Shown one piece after another: positions 45,134 through 55,154 of a stretch of DNA of 64,000 bases (within the stretch, counting starts at the first letter, position 1; every line of letters starts with the position of its first letter). The notes beneath the pieces are model-generated. The model was not told the DNA's origin. It was given only the letters and a program-made list of their open reading frames with translations, and ran no database searches. A program made the translations under genes and the position numbers. The DNA comes from Terriglobia bacterium (GTDB lineage Bacteria > Acidobacteriota > Terriglobia > Bryobacterales > Bryobacteraceae), in contig CAVXVL010000037.1 in the NCBI GenBank assembly GCA_963765085.1, forward strand, positions 29,852-93,851, given 5' to 3'.

Positions 45134-46996
45134 TTATTCCAGCGCGAACGCGTTCAGCCCACTGCTGACGATCACGACGTACTGCTTCCCATTCTTACCC
45201 ATGTACGTCATGGGATTTGTGTGGCCTTCCGTATCCAGCTTCGTTTCCCATAACAGCTTGCCTGTCTTCGTTTCGAACGCGCGGAAATGCGCGTCGATGG
45301 TACCGGCGATGAAAGTCAGGCCTCCGTTCGTCGTGATGGGACCACCCTGGCCGAACGAGCCCGTATTGTGGACGCCGCGGGCTTCCATCACGTCGCTGGT
45401 GCCGAGCGGAATGCGCCATGCGATGTCGCCGGTATTCGCGTTCACTGCCATCAATTCCGCCCACGGCGGCTGCTGGCACGGCAGTTGATTCGAGGGATCC
45501 CAGAAGCGCGCGTTGTTGGTTCCCACGCCGAGCGGACTGAATCGTCGATACGCCACTTGATCGTTGTCGGGACGCTTGTCCAGGCGTCCCATTCCCGCGA
45601 CGTTGCGAGTGTTCACAATCACATAGCCGAGCTTCGGATCGACGGAAACGCCGCCGTAATTCGGTCCGCCCTGCTGACCCGGGAAAATGACGCGGAATTC
45701 CTTGCTGCTATACGGTGTGTACGATCCGTAACTGTGAATGCCCCCGATTTTTTCGACCAGGTCCTTGCAGAATTTCTCGTGCTCCGGCTCGCCCGTGAAC
45801 ACTTCATCGGGACGCATCCCCTGGCGGGTGAGCGGAGGCGGCTTCAACGGGAACGGCTGCGTGGGCCAGCTCTCTTCTCCCGGAATGTCGCTCTGCGGCA
45901 CGGGACGCTCCTCCATTCCGTAAATCGATGTCCCCGACTCACGATCCAGGAAGAACATCAGACCCGGCTTCGAGACGGCCACCACAACGGGAATTTTCTT
46001 GCCATCGCGTGTGATGTCCATCAGCGTGGGCGCGGCCTCAGCGTCGTAATCCCACATGTCGTGGTGCGTGAGTTGAAAATACCAGCGCACCTTGCCGGTA
46101 TTTGCGTCGAGCGCCACAATCGACGACGAATACAGATTCTGCCCGTGGCGCGCACCGCCGTAATATTGCGCGGCCGGCTGCCCGATTGGCAGAAAAATTA
46201 ATCCGCGCTGCTGGTCGACCGTGGCCGCCCCCCAATTCGCGGGAGATCCTGCCTTGATCCAATGATCCTTGGGCCAGGTTTCGTAGCCCGGTTCACCGGG
46301 ATGCGGAATGGTATGGAATGTCCAATTCAATTTTCCGTCGCGCAGATCCCACGAGCGAACATCCATGGCGGGGCCGTCCGGATCGTCTTCCTTGCCCTGG
46401 GCGCCGGTAATGATCGAATTGCGATAGATCGCTCCGGGAGAAGCCATATGGTACGGCGCACCGGGAAAATGGTCTTCCACGCCCTGCTTCAAATTTACGA
46501 AGCCTTCGTTGCCGAAACCCGGCACCAGCTTCCCGGTCTTGGCATTCAGCTCGATCAATTTTCCGTCGTTCGTCCCCGCCAGAATGGATGCAGGATGATC
46601 TTTATCGCCCGCCCAATAACTCACGCCGCGCAAGGGCGCGCCCACGCTGCCGAGCGCGTAGGTCCAGATCTCCTTACCGGTTTCAGGCTCCAGCGCAACG
46701 ATCGTCCGGCTGCGCGTCGGAGAATACAAAATCCCGCCGACCATAATGGGAACCGCTTCGGTGGAGGTCAGCAGACGCGTCGCGGCGTCCATATCCGTGG
46801 GCGTTGGGCGCGAGTCGATGCCATACTGCCACACCGGCTTCAGCTTCTTGACGTTCGCCGTATTGATCTGCGTGAGCGGCGAATGGCGCTGGCCGAACGC
46901 ATCTTTTCCGTAGCCGGGCCAATCGTTCTGCGCGAAAAGCGCACCGCCCGCCATGCTCATCAAACATGCAAACCACAACGATCTCACTAAGCTCAT
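45134..46996 (-). CDS. periplasmic PQQ-dependent dehydrogenase (glucose/quinate dehydrogenase-type beta-propeller)
   Basis: ATG 46996 after GGGGAG; signal peptide. Eight-bladed propeller repeats with W-motifs (KPVWQY, GKEIWTY, GKLNWTF, GKVRWYF, GDIAWRI, GKLLWET). Confidence 0.85.
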   Translation of the reverse strand: MSLVRSLWFACLMSMAGGALFAQNDWPGYGKDAFGQRHSPLTQINTANVKKLKPVWQYGIDSRPTPTDMDAATRLLTSTEAVPIMVGGILYSPTRSRTIVALEPETGKEIWTYALGSVGAPLRGVSYWAGDKDHPASILAGTNDGKLIELNAKTGKLVPGFGNEGFVNLKQGVEDHFPGAPYHMASPGAIYRNSIITGAQGKEDDPDGPAMDVRSWDLRDGKLNWTFHTIPHPGEPGYETWPKDHWIKAGSPANWGAATVDQQRGLIFLPIGQPAAQYYGGARHGQNLYSSSIVALDANTGKVRWYFQLTHHDMWDYDAEAAPTLMDITRDGKKIPVVVAVSKPGLMFFLDRESGTSIYGMEERPVPQSDIPGEESWPTQPFPLKPPPLTRQGMRPDEVFTGEPEHEKFCKDLVEKIGGIHSYGSYTPYSSKEFRVIFPGQQGGPNYGGVSVDPKLGYVIVNTRNVAGMGRLDKRPDNDQVAYRRFSPLGVGTNNARFWDPSNQLPCQQPPWAELMAVNANTGDIAWRIPLGTSDVMEARGVHNTGSFGQGGPITTNGGLTFIAGTIDAHFRAFETKTGKLLWETKLDTEGHTNPMTYMGKNGKQYVVIVSSGLNAFALE

Positions 46997-47084
46997 GCAA
47001 TCTCCCCGTTCCTTCGGCAACCCACTACTTTACTCCGGTCGGGAGAGGCCGATGAGTTCCGTCGTCAAATCACGTGCGTGATTT

Positions 47085-48185
47085 TCAGGAGAAGGGCAAC
47101 CGCGGCGCCGATCGCCGGACAACGCAGGCCGCACCCAGCATGATGAGCCCCCCCTGCGTGCGGAGCGGAGCGGGAAGACTTCGAATCCACGCGGGGAGGT
47201 CGTCGTAGAACGGCACCCCTGCACGCCCGATGTTTCCGTTGGATGGGAAAGATACGGAATTGGGTATATGCGTTGCGTGGACTTGCGCACTCGCGTCGTG
47301 TGCCTTCAACGGCGCACTGGAATCCCGCGGAGGAGTCCCCGGCGTCTTCCACGAGAGCTCGAATAAAGTTTCGATCTGACCGCAAATGGCCGCCAATCCC
47401 TGGGGCCGTTGCGCGGGGGCCTTCGCCATGCACCGTATAATCATGTCGACGATGAGCGGCGGCGTTTGCGCCTGTTCCAGCGGGTCCATCGGAACGGGCC
47501 GATATAAAATCTGGTCGAAAACTTTTTCGAGCCGGTCGCCGGTCACGGGCTTGACGCCGGTCATCAGTTCGTACAACACGACGCCATAAGCGTAAACATC
47601 GGCCTGGGCGGTCGCCGGTTGCCCCATGACCTGTTCGGGAGCCATATAAAACGGGGTTCCGAGCGTAGTCCCGCTGCGCGTAAGCGTCGCGTCCTCGCTT
47701 TTGGCGATACCGAAGTCCATCAGGGTCAAACGGCCGTCGCGGTCGACGTTGATGTTTTCGGGTTTGATATCGCGATGAATGATTTTTTTGGAATGAATGT
47801 ATTCGATGGCGCGCGCGAGTTGTAGCGCAATTTTAAGCTTGCGGCGATAATCGCCCACGCGGTCCGCCTTGATGGCTGCGCGCAGGCTTTCGCCCTCCAG
47901 GTATTCCATCACCATGAAAGGACGCCCGTTCTCCTGCCCGAAATCGTAAACCGCGATCACGTTCTCGTGGCTGACGTGCGAGGCAATGCGGGCTTCCTGG
48001 AGAAAGCGCGCTTTGGCGTCAAGATCGGAACTTGCGGCCTCGGTGAGGATTTTGATAGCGACCGTGCGCCCCAGAACCGCGTCCTTGCCCCGATACACAT
48101 GGGACATTCCGCCGCCGAGAAAAGCCTCGATCTCGTACTTCCCGATGCGGGAAGGATGCTCCGTCAGCGCGTCAGGCAGTGACAC
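47085..48185 (-). CDS. Hanks-type Ser/Thr protein kinase with C-terminal membrane anchor
   Basis: GGGMSHVY...VAIK, HRDIKPEN, DFG, GTPFYMAPE. A hydrophobic GGLIMLGAACVV segment lies near the C-terminus. Confidence 0.9.
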   Translation of the reverse strand: MSLPDALTEHPSRIGKYEIEAFLGGGMSHVYRGKDAVLGRTVAIKILTEAASSDLDAKARFLQEARIASHVSHENVIAVYDFGQENGRPFMVMEYLEGESLRAAIKADRVGDYRRKLKIALQLARAIEYIHSKKIIHRDIKPENINVDRDGRLTLMDFGIAKSEDATLTRSGTTLGTPFYMAPEQVMGQPATAQADVYAYGVVLYELMTGVKPVTGDRLEKVFDQILYRPVPMDPLEQAQTPPLIVDMIIRCMAKAPAQRPQGLAAICGQIETLFELSWKTPGTPPRDSSAPLKAHDASAQVHATHIPNSVSFPSNGNIGRAGVPFYDDLPAWIRSLPAPLRTQGGLIMLGAACVVRRSAPRLPFS

Positions 48186-48237
48186 CCTTCAGTGTAGACA
48201 AAATGCGTGAATAGCGGCGCGCGGCGCCAAAAACCGT

Positions 48238-48990
48238 TCAAAGTTCCAATTCGTCGCGCAGCAGCATTTCCCCGGCGAAAAAATTCTGCGTCACGAAAAG
48301 CCGCCCGATCTGCGCCGCGAACACCAGCCATCCGTCCCGCTTGCTGATTTCCACGGAACGCGGGAACAAGTACACGATCGTCGCCTTGTCATTTTCCTCG
48401 CGCAGAATCTCCACCCGTACTGGCTTAAAATCTTTCTTGTTGTTGCGGCGGATATACGCGACACCTTTGAGTTCGCTGGCCAGATTGAATTTCTTCGGAG
48501 TGGCGATATCGTACACGGCAATCGCGTAGTATTCGCCGTCGCCGACGGGAACGCCGTTCTCGCCCGCTTTTTGTTCGGCCGTGCGGATCGGAAGCGCGCT
48601 TTCCCAGCGAATCATGACCGCGTCCACCGGGGGTTTTGCGTGCGCGCGCTTGATGGCCGCGTCGGCCCGCGCGGAGCCGCCGAATAATCCCAGTAGAGCC
48701 TCCCAGCCGACACCATGGCCTTCGGTGGCTTGCCAGTCTCCGCTCTCGCGGCGCTCGTCGGGACTTAAATCGCGCAACCACTGCGGCGATGCGAATTTCA
48801 CCCATGGCGAATTGGCGAGCACGTCTTTCGCTTCCTCGTCGTTCCACTGCGCCACCGGTTTGTTTTTCCAGGACGGCTGTGTGGGCGAAGATGCGTCCGC
48901 AGCCCACGCCGGTCTCACGCTCCAGGAAGAACTCAGCAGCATGATCGCCGCCGCGGAGAGTAGCACACGGAAACTCAGCGTCCGATACAT
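48238..48990 (-). CDS. secreted protein of unknown function, NSPW family, paralogue 3
   Basis: Signal peptide. Blocks WNDEEAKDVLANSPW, IRWESALPIRTAE, YYAIAVYD, IVYLFPRS and QIGRL are shared with 28421..29137 and 29245..29967. Confidence 0.6.
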   Translation of the reverse strand: MYRTLSFRVLLSAAAIMLLSSSWSVRPAWAADASSPTQPSWKNKPVAQWNDEEAKDVLANSPWVKFASPQWLRDLSPDERRESGDWQATEGHGVGWEALLGLFGGSARADAAIKRAHAKPPVDAVMIRWESALPIRTAEQKAGENGVPVGDGEYYAIAVYDIATPKKFNLASELKGVAYIRRNNKKDFKPVRVEILREENDKATIVYLFPRSVEISKRDGWLVFAAQIGRLFVTQNFFAGEMLLRDELEL

Positions 48991-49069
48991 ATTTTGCTCC
49001 TAGGTGAGAGGACTCGACGCGGCGTCCTGCTAAAAGTATATCCTGCGATTTCGCCGGCGCAGAGATGGT

Positions 49070-50035
49070 CTAGTGGTGATGATGGTGAGCTTCGCGATGA
49101 GCTTCCGCATGCAGGGGCGCGGTGCAGTGCTCGTCCGCGTGTTCGCAGCGTAGGTGTTCGAACTGTACGGTGGTATGACGAATCTGAAAGCGGCCGGCCA
49201 AAATCTGATTGATGCGCAGAAGGATCGCATGGCTCGCCGAAGGCGGCATATCCTCGATCAGCACGTGGCAGCTGAGCGCGCGCGACTGCGAGCCGATGTT
49301 CCAGATGTGCAGATCGTGGACGTCGATCACACCCTCCACGCCCCCCAGTTCGCCAGTCACGTCGCGGAGCCTCAAACCCTTCGGCAATCCTTCGAGCAGG
49401 ATGTTCAGCGAGTCCCGAATGATGCCCCACGCCGTCCACAAAATTCCGATGCCGATCACAATGGAGAGCGCCGGATCGATCACCTGCCAGCCGGTGTAAT
49501 GCATGACGATCGCGCCGCCGATAATGGCTACGCACGCCGCCGCATCGCCCAGCATATGGATCCACGCCGCCCGCACGTTGAGATCGTGGTGATGATCGCC
49601 ATGACCGCCGAGCGCCTGCACAATCCCGACGTTCAGCACCAGAGCCAGGGCCGCCACGACGATCATCGTAATCTCGCCGACGGGCTCGGGATGCAGCAGC
49701 CTCCGGTAGCTTTCGTAGAACAGCACCACAGAAAGAGCGGCGAGCGTCAGCGCGTTCACGAACGCAGCGAGCACACCCGCGCGCTGGTATCCGAAGGTCT
49801 TGACGTGATTGCCGGGCCGCGCCTCCCAATACACGCCGCAAGCCGCGAGCAGCAGCGCGAAGGCATCGGTGAAATTATGACCCGCGTCGGAGAGCAGCGC
49901 CAGGCTATGCGAGCGGAAGCCGGCGAAAGTCTCGATGATCACGAATCCCAGCGTCAGCGCCAGCGAAACGAACAGGACACGCGACGTTCGCTGCGAAGGT
50001 GAATGGGAGTGAGGATGTGCGTGAACGTGATCCAT
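49070..50035 (-). CDS. cation diffusion facilitator (CzcD/ZitB-type) with His-rich termini
   Basis: ATG 50035 (MDHVHAHPHSHSP...). Motifs SLALLSDAGHNFTD and HMLGDA. C-terminal HAEAHREAHHHHH. Confidence 0.85.
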   Translation of the reverse strand: MDHVHAHPHSHSPSQRTSRVLFVSLALTLGFVIIETFAGFRSHSLALLSDAGHNFTDAFALLLAACGVYWEARPGNHVKTFGYQRAGVLAAFVNALTLAALSVVLFYESYRRLLHPEPVGEITMIVVAALALVLNVGIVQALGGHGDHHHDLNVRAAWIHMLGDAAACVAIIGGAIVMHYTGWQVIDPALSIVIGIGILWTAWGIIRDSLNILLEGLPKGLRLRDVTGELGGVEGVIDVHDLHIWNIGSQSRALSCHVLIEDMPPSASHAILLRINQILAGRFQIRHTTVQFEHLRCEHADEHCTAPLHAEAHREAHHHHH

Positions 50036-50108
50036 CCAATTCCATCGTACATCCGTTGAATGGGAATGTGGCGTTTTGAAGCGCGTATCATGAGAAGGTG
50101 AGCTTCCT

Positions 50109-50306
50109 ATGAAAGCTATCGAATTCGAGAGCACTGCTAGCCTAGGCGGCCAGATTGCGGTTCCGCCGGAAGTTGCCAGCGAGATCCCGCTCGGTGAACA
50201 TATCCACGTCGTGGTGATGTGGGAGTCCGACGTTGACTCATCCCTGCGCTTAGCGGGCCGTGCAAGGTTTGAAGCAGCTTACGCACCAGAAGATGCAATA
50301 TACTGA
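50109..50306 (+). CDS. putative type II antitoxin (AbrB/MazE-like swapped-hairpin)
   Basis: 65 aa. GGQIAVPPEVASEIPLGEHIHVVV resembles the AbrB/SpoVT fold. Lies 11 nt upstream of a PemK/MazF-like ORF. Confidence 0.5.
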   Translation: MKAIEFESTASLGGQIAVPPEVASEIPLGEHIHVVVMWESDVDSSLRLAGRARFEAAYAPEDAIY

Positions 50307-50317
50307 TCAGTTGATCG

Positions 50318-50658
50318 ATGATGACGCTGCCGTTCGGTGAGGTGGTCCTCATCCGCATCCAGTTCCACCAAACCGCAGGGGCGAAGGTTCGCCCAGCGGT
50401 GGTTCTGCTTGATTCAGGCGACGAAGACTTTGTCGCGGCACCCGTCACGTCGCAACCGAGAAACTCCGAATACGACCTCGCGATAGCAGGTTGGCGCGCT
50501 GCCGGCCTCAACACTGCATCGTACATCCGTCTGAATAAGGTGACCGTCTTGGGGAAGGCAGATATTCTCGGAGGCTCGCGCAGATCCCGGAACTCGATCG
50601 CAAGTCCTTATCCTCACTCCTTTGCCGCACCTTCTGCCCTAGCGAGGCGCGGGGTTAG
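50318..50658 (+). pseudogene. PemK/MazF-family toxin; 3' frameshift as assembled
   Basis: GEVVLIRIQFHQTAGAKVRPAVVLLDSGDEDFVAAPVTS...WRAAGLNTASYIRLNKVTVL. After ~50568 the expected tail ([22 protein letters not shown]) is in the +1 frame, ending TAG 50656-50658. Confidence 0.6.
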
Positions 50659-50663
50659 TCGAG

Positions 50664-51693
50664 CTAGAACAACGTATTCTGCGCCCCGCCCCGCATTTTT
50701 TTCGCGACCTTGAAATATTCGAATGCGCGCTCGGTGCCGATCCGTCCTCGCGGCGTGCGATCCAAAAATCCGAGCTGCATCAGATACGGCTCGTAGACTT
50801 CTTCGATGGTGCCCTGCTCCTCGTCGATCGCCGCGGCGATCGTACCCAGTCCGACCGGCCCGCCGCCATATTTTTCGAGCACGGTCAGCATGATCTTCTG
50901 ATCGATTTCGTCGAGACCGATAGCGATCCACTTCGAGTAGATCGAGCGCCTTCAGCGCGACATCGGATATCGATATGACCCGCCGCCCGGACCTGCGCGT
51001 AGTCGCGAACCCGGCGCAGCAGACGGTTCGCGATACGCGGCGTCCCGCGGCTGCGGCGCGCGATTTCTTCCGCGCCCGCTGCGTCGATCGCGATGTCCAG
51101 AAGCTGCGCCGAACGCCGCACGATCTTGTCAGTTCCTCGGCTTCGTAAGGATTCAGCCGCAGCACCAGGCCGAAGCGGCCGCGCAGAGGCGCGCTGATGA
51201 TTCCCTGCCGCGTGGTCGCGCCGATGGCCGTGAACGGCTTGATATCCATCGCCACCGTGCGCGCGCCCGGACCCGTTCCGATCAGGATATCCATGCGGAA
51301 ATCTTCGAGCGCCGAATAAATCATCTCCTCCACATCCGGCTGCAGGCGATGAATTTCGTCGATGAAGAAAACTTCGCGCTCCTGCAAATTACTCAGGATG
51401 CCGACCAGATCGAGCTTCTTCTGCAACACCGGGCCCGAGGTCTGCTGGATGTTCACGCCGAGTTCGGCGGCGATGATTCCGGCGAGCGTGGTTTTACCCA
51501 GTCCCGGAGGGCCATAGAGCAGCACATGATCCATCGCTTCGCCGCGCTGCTTGGCGGCCTCGATGGCGATCGCGAGATTCTCTTTGATCTTCGGCTGGCC
51601 CGCGAAATCGGCCAGGCGCGACGGGCGCAGAGCGGCCTCGAACTGCCGCTCGTCTTCCTTCAACGATGCCGAAACGATGCCCTGTTCCCGCAT
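50664..51693 (-). pseudogene. ruvB: Holliday junction helicase RuvB; 3 frameshifts as assembled
   Basis: Walker [18 protein letters not shown], then conserved sequence hops frames near 51125, 50968 and 50922 (ORFs 50614..51693, 50885..51121, 50664..50891). C-terminus ...[20 protein letters not shown]. Confidence 0.9.
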
Positions 51694-51707
51694 GAAGTAT
51701 CAGTGTA

Positions 51708-52359
51708 CTAGGGGTGAGAGGACGGGGACAGAGGACAGGGTCGGAAATGCTGGGCTATTCGCACGATCTTCAACGCACGCCGAAATAATGCGTCGAATTC
51801 GTTGGATTCCGTGGTCGACCGCGCCTTCACCACCGCCGCTTCGCCCGACGCGCGCGTGGCGCCGAAGTTCATCAGCGCGGAGATCACGTCTTCTTCGTGT
51901 ACTTTCGAATGCCGATCTTCACACGGGCCGCGTCGGCGGGAGCGCGCAGGCACCGCGAAATCGAGCTTATCTCGCAGTTCCAGCACCATGCGCTCGGCGG
52001 TTTTCTTGCCGATGCCGGGAATGCGCACCAGTTGTTCGATCGCGCCCGAGCGGATGGCCGCGGCGAGGTCGGCCGCCGTCATTCCGCCCATCGCTTTGAT
52101 CGCGACGCTCGGTCCGATGCCGGACACGGCGATCAATTTTTCAAACAGCATCTTATCCACGGACGCGTGAAATCCAAAAAGCGAAATGGCATCCTCGCGG
52201 ACATGCGTGTACACGTGCAACTGCACGGGCGCGCCTTTTTCCGGGAAGCGAAGAGAAGGCCGAAACCGGAATCGCGAGCTCGTATCCGACGCCCTGCACA
52301 TCGAGAATAACGGCGTTCGGATGCTTTTCGAGAAGAGTGCCGCGCAGATGGGCGATCAT
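51708..52359 (-). pseudogene. ruvA: Holliday junction DNA-binding protein RuvA; 1 frameshift at a T5/A5 run
   Basis: The N-terminus MIAHLRGTLLEKHPNAVILDVQGVGYEL (ATG 52359) is in the frame of ORF 52153..52488. The rest (VQLHVYTHVREDAISLFGF...VSGIGP...IPGIGKKTAERM) is in ORF 51708..52301. The junction is at 52236-52246. The last ~17 codons run into a heptamer repeat. Confidence 0.85.
51711..51744. repeat. GAGGNCA-type heptamer array, copy 1
   Basis: ggggtga gaggacg gggaca gaggaca gggtcgg, at the ruvA 3' end / ruvA-ruvB junction. Confidence 0.8.
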
Positions 52360-52416
52360 TAAACGATAAGGATACCCGAGAGCGCACGGCTCGTCGTTGT
52401 GCGCGGTTAAATACCT

Positions 52417-53185
52417 ATGCGGCGGCGATTTTTCGTGGATCAGGTGCGCAACGGACGCGCGGAAATTTCCGGAGACGACGCCCAGCATCTGACTCGCGTT
52501 CTGCGCGTGGAAGCCGGCGAAAAGTACGAGATCTCCGACAATCGCAACGTATATCTGGCGGAGGTGGAAACCGCCCGCAAGAGCGCATGTGGTTTTTCAG
52601 ACACTCTCGAAAATTGGAATCGTCCGAGCCGCCCGTGCGAAATGATCCTGTGCGCCTCGCTCATCAAGTTCGATCATTTCGAATGGATGATCGAAAAAGC
52701 GACTGAGTTGGGAGTGGCTCGCATCGTTCCCGTGATCGGTCCGCACCGAACGCGGGCTCGAAAAGGCTGCGCGACAAACGCGTCGAGCGATGGCGCCGCA
52801 TCGCACTGGAAGCGAGCCAGCAGTCGCGGCGCGCGCATCTGCCGGTGATCGACGATCCGGTTCGATGGGCGGATGTTTTATCCGTCGTAGTCGCCACTAT
52901 CCGTACGTGTTGGAAGAAAATCCGGGAGCTGCAACCTTTTGCTGGCGGCCTTCCCGGAAGTGCGAGGCTCTTCGCGACACCGTCGCATTGCTCGTCGGTC
53001 CCGAAGGCGGATGGACGGACGAAGAGCGTGCCGATTTTTCGCAAGCGAACTGGACGCCGGTTTCCCTGGGCCCCTCGATTTTGAGAGCCGAGACTGCTGC
53101 GATCGCAGGACTGGCAATCGTGAGCGCGGCGTGGTTGGCGGAAGAGGACAGAGGACAGAGGTCAGAGGACAGGGGTCAGGCGTGA
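52417..53185 (+). pseudogene. rsmE: 16S rRNA (uracil1498-N3)-methyltransferase RsmE; at least 3 frameshifts as assembled
   Basis: MRRRFFVDQV...GDDAQHLTRVLR, KFDHFEWMIEKATELGV, then RVERWRRIALEASQQSRRAHLPVI and LLVGPEGGWTDEE...LGPSILRAETA in other frames. Junctions are near 52740, 52772 and 52885. Confidence 0.8.
53141..53182. repeat. GAGGNCA heptamer array, copy 2 (5 units)
   Basis: gaa gaggaca gaggaca gaggtca gaggaca ggggtca gg. It encodes the atypical RsmE tail EEDRGQRSEDRGQA. Confidence 0.85.
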
Positions 53186-53257
53186 AGCGGGAGGCCGGCG
53201 TCGTATCGACTCCGGAAATTCGGAGCTCTGAGTAAACGGCCGAGGCACGTCCGTTGC

Positions 53258-53290
53258 TGACCTCTTCCCCGACCTCTGGCCTCTGGTTTT
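53258..53290. repeat. GAGGNCA heptamer array, copy 3 (inverted relative to copy 2)
   Basis: tgacctcttccccgacctctggcctctggttttt. Its reverse complement ccagaggccagaggtcggggaagaggtca pairs with 53150-53180 (about 15/16 over the first stretch). Confidence 0.8.
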
Positions 53291-53312
53291 TAACGACTGT
53301 TACACTAACTAG

Positions 53313-54400
53313 TTGATCCACCGTCTGGTCATCGAAAACCTCAAACACCGCCCCATCCGGACTCTGCTCAGCGCCGTCGCCATCGGCGTACAGGTGACGA
53401 TGATCCTAACCCTGGTCGGTGTCAGCAACGGGGTCCTGGGAGACATCGCCGAGCGCTCGCGCGGCACGGGCGCGGATATGATGGTGCGTCCGCCGGGCAG
53501 TTCCGTGCTGGCGTTTTCGGGCAACATGCCGCAGGGCGTGGTCGGCGTGATCCGCAAAGAGCCGCATGTCGCGCTGGCGACCGGAGTCCTGGTGCAGTCG
53601 ATCGGCAACTTCGATTCGATCACCGGCATCGATCTCGATCAGTTCAATGCCATGAGCGGCGGCCTTCATTACACTTCCGGCGGGCCGTTCACCGGCCCCA
53701 ACGACCTGATCGTCGACGACGTCTACGCGAACGCGCATCATCTGAAGCCCGGCGATACCCTGGACCTGGGATTGAAGTGGCGCATTTGCGGGGTGGTCGA
53801 ATCGGGGAAGCTTTCGCATCTTTTCGCACCCTTGGATTCGCTACAAGAGAAATATTCCGCGACGCGACAAGGTCAGCATGGTGTATGTCAAGCTGGACAA
53901 TCCGGCGAACACCACGGCCGTTATTAGCGAGCTTGAGGACTCGTCTGCCGGATTACAAAGTCTTCTCGGTCGATCAGTTCGTTTCTCTCATCTCGGTGGA
54001 CAGCATTCCGATTTTAAAGCGCTTCACGAGCGTGGTGATCGGCCTCGCGGTGATCGTCGGATTCCTGGTCGTGTTTCTTTCGATGTACACGGCCGTGCTC
54101 GAACGCACACGCGAGATCGGGATCTTAAAAGCGCTGGGCGCCTCGCCTGGATACATCATGTCCATGTTGATGCGGGAAACGCTCGTGCTGGCGGTGACGG
54201 GCGCGATTGCCGGAATCCTGATGAGCTACGGCACGCGTTGGATCATGCGAGTTTTCGTGCCCACCATGCCCATGGTGATCGTGCCCGCGTGGTGGCCGTG
54301 GGCGGCGCTGACCGCCTTGACCGGATCGCTGATCGGCGCGATTTATCCCGGATTGAAAGCATCGCGTCAGGATGCCATCGAGGCTCTCGCATATGACTGA
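53313..54400 (+). pseudogene. ABC transporter permease, MacB/FtsX type; 2 frameshifts as assembled
   Basis: TTG start. MIHRLVIENLKHRPIRTLLSAVAIGV, a periplasmic domain, and the FtsX C-terminus (ERTREIGILKALGASPGYI...YPGLKASRQDAIEALAYD) in ORF 53777..54400. Junctions are at about 53865 and 53940. Confidence 0.8.
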
Positions 54401-54486
54401 GCTGGAGGGACATGCGGCTCTGTCCACCAGTGACTGCGCATGGGAAACTCTTACCTGGGGGACGAGAGCCTGTCCCCGTCTCGCTC

Positions 54487-55154
54487 ATGATTAAAATCCA
54501 CGATCTCAAAAAGACCTATCACGTGGGCGAGGTCGACGTGCATGCGCTGCGCGGCGTGAATCTATCCGTCGCAGCGCGGCGAGTTTCTCTCCGTCGTGGG
54601 TCCCAGCGGATCGGGCAAATCGACGTTGTTTCATATTCTCGGTGGCCTGACGCCGCCGACCTCGGGAACGGTCCACATCGATGGACGCAATCTCGCGGAG
54701 ATGACCGATGCGGAACGCACGAACCTACGCAAGACAACGGTCGGATTCGTCTTCCAGAAATACAATCTGTTGCCGACGCTGAGCGCGGCGCGATAACATC
54801 GAAATCGCACGCGATATCGCGGGCAAATCGGGTGCGTCCTGGGACCCGCAGTTCGAACACGTCATCGATTTACTGGGCATTCGAGCGCGTTTGCACCATA
54901 AGCCGCGGGCGCTTTCCGGAGGCGAGCAGCAGCGCGTGGCCATCGCCCGCGCGCATCGTGAACGGCCCGCGATTCTGCTCGCGGACGAGCCCACCGGCAA
55001 CCTGGATACGGAGAACTCGACGGCGGTGCTCGGGCTGCTGCGCGATCTGAACGCGCGGCTCGGCCAGACCATCCTGATGATCACGCATAATCCCGAAGCG
55101 GCGGCTTATGGGCATCGGCACGTGCGAATGCTCGACGGCCGGATGGTGGATTGA
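54487..55154 (+). pseudogene. ABC transporter ATP-binding protein (MacB/LolD-like); 2 frameshifts as assembled
   Basis: [28 protein letters not shown]. Walker [10 protein letters not shown] is in ORF 54596... Signature LSGGEQQRVAIARA and Walker B ILLADEPTGNLD are in ORF 54891..55154. Junctions are at about 54569 and 54789. Confidence 0.85.
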
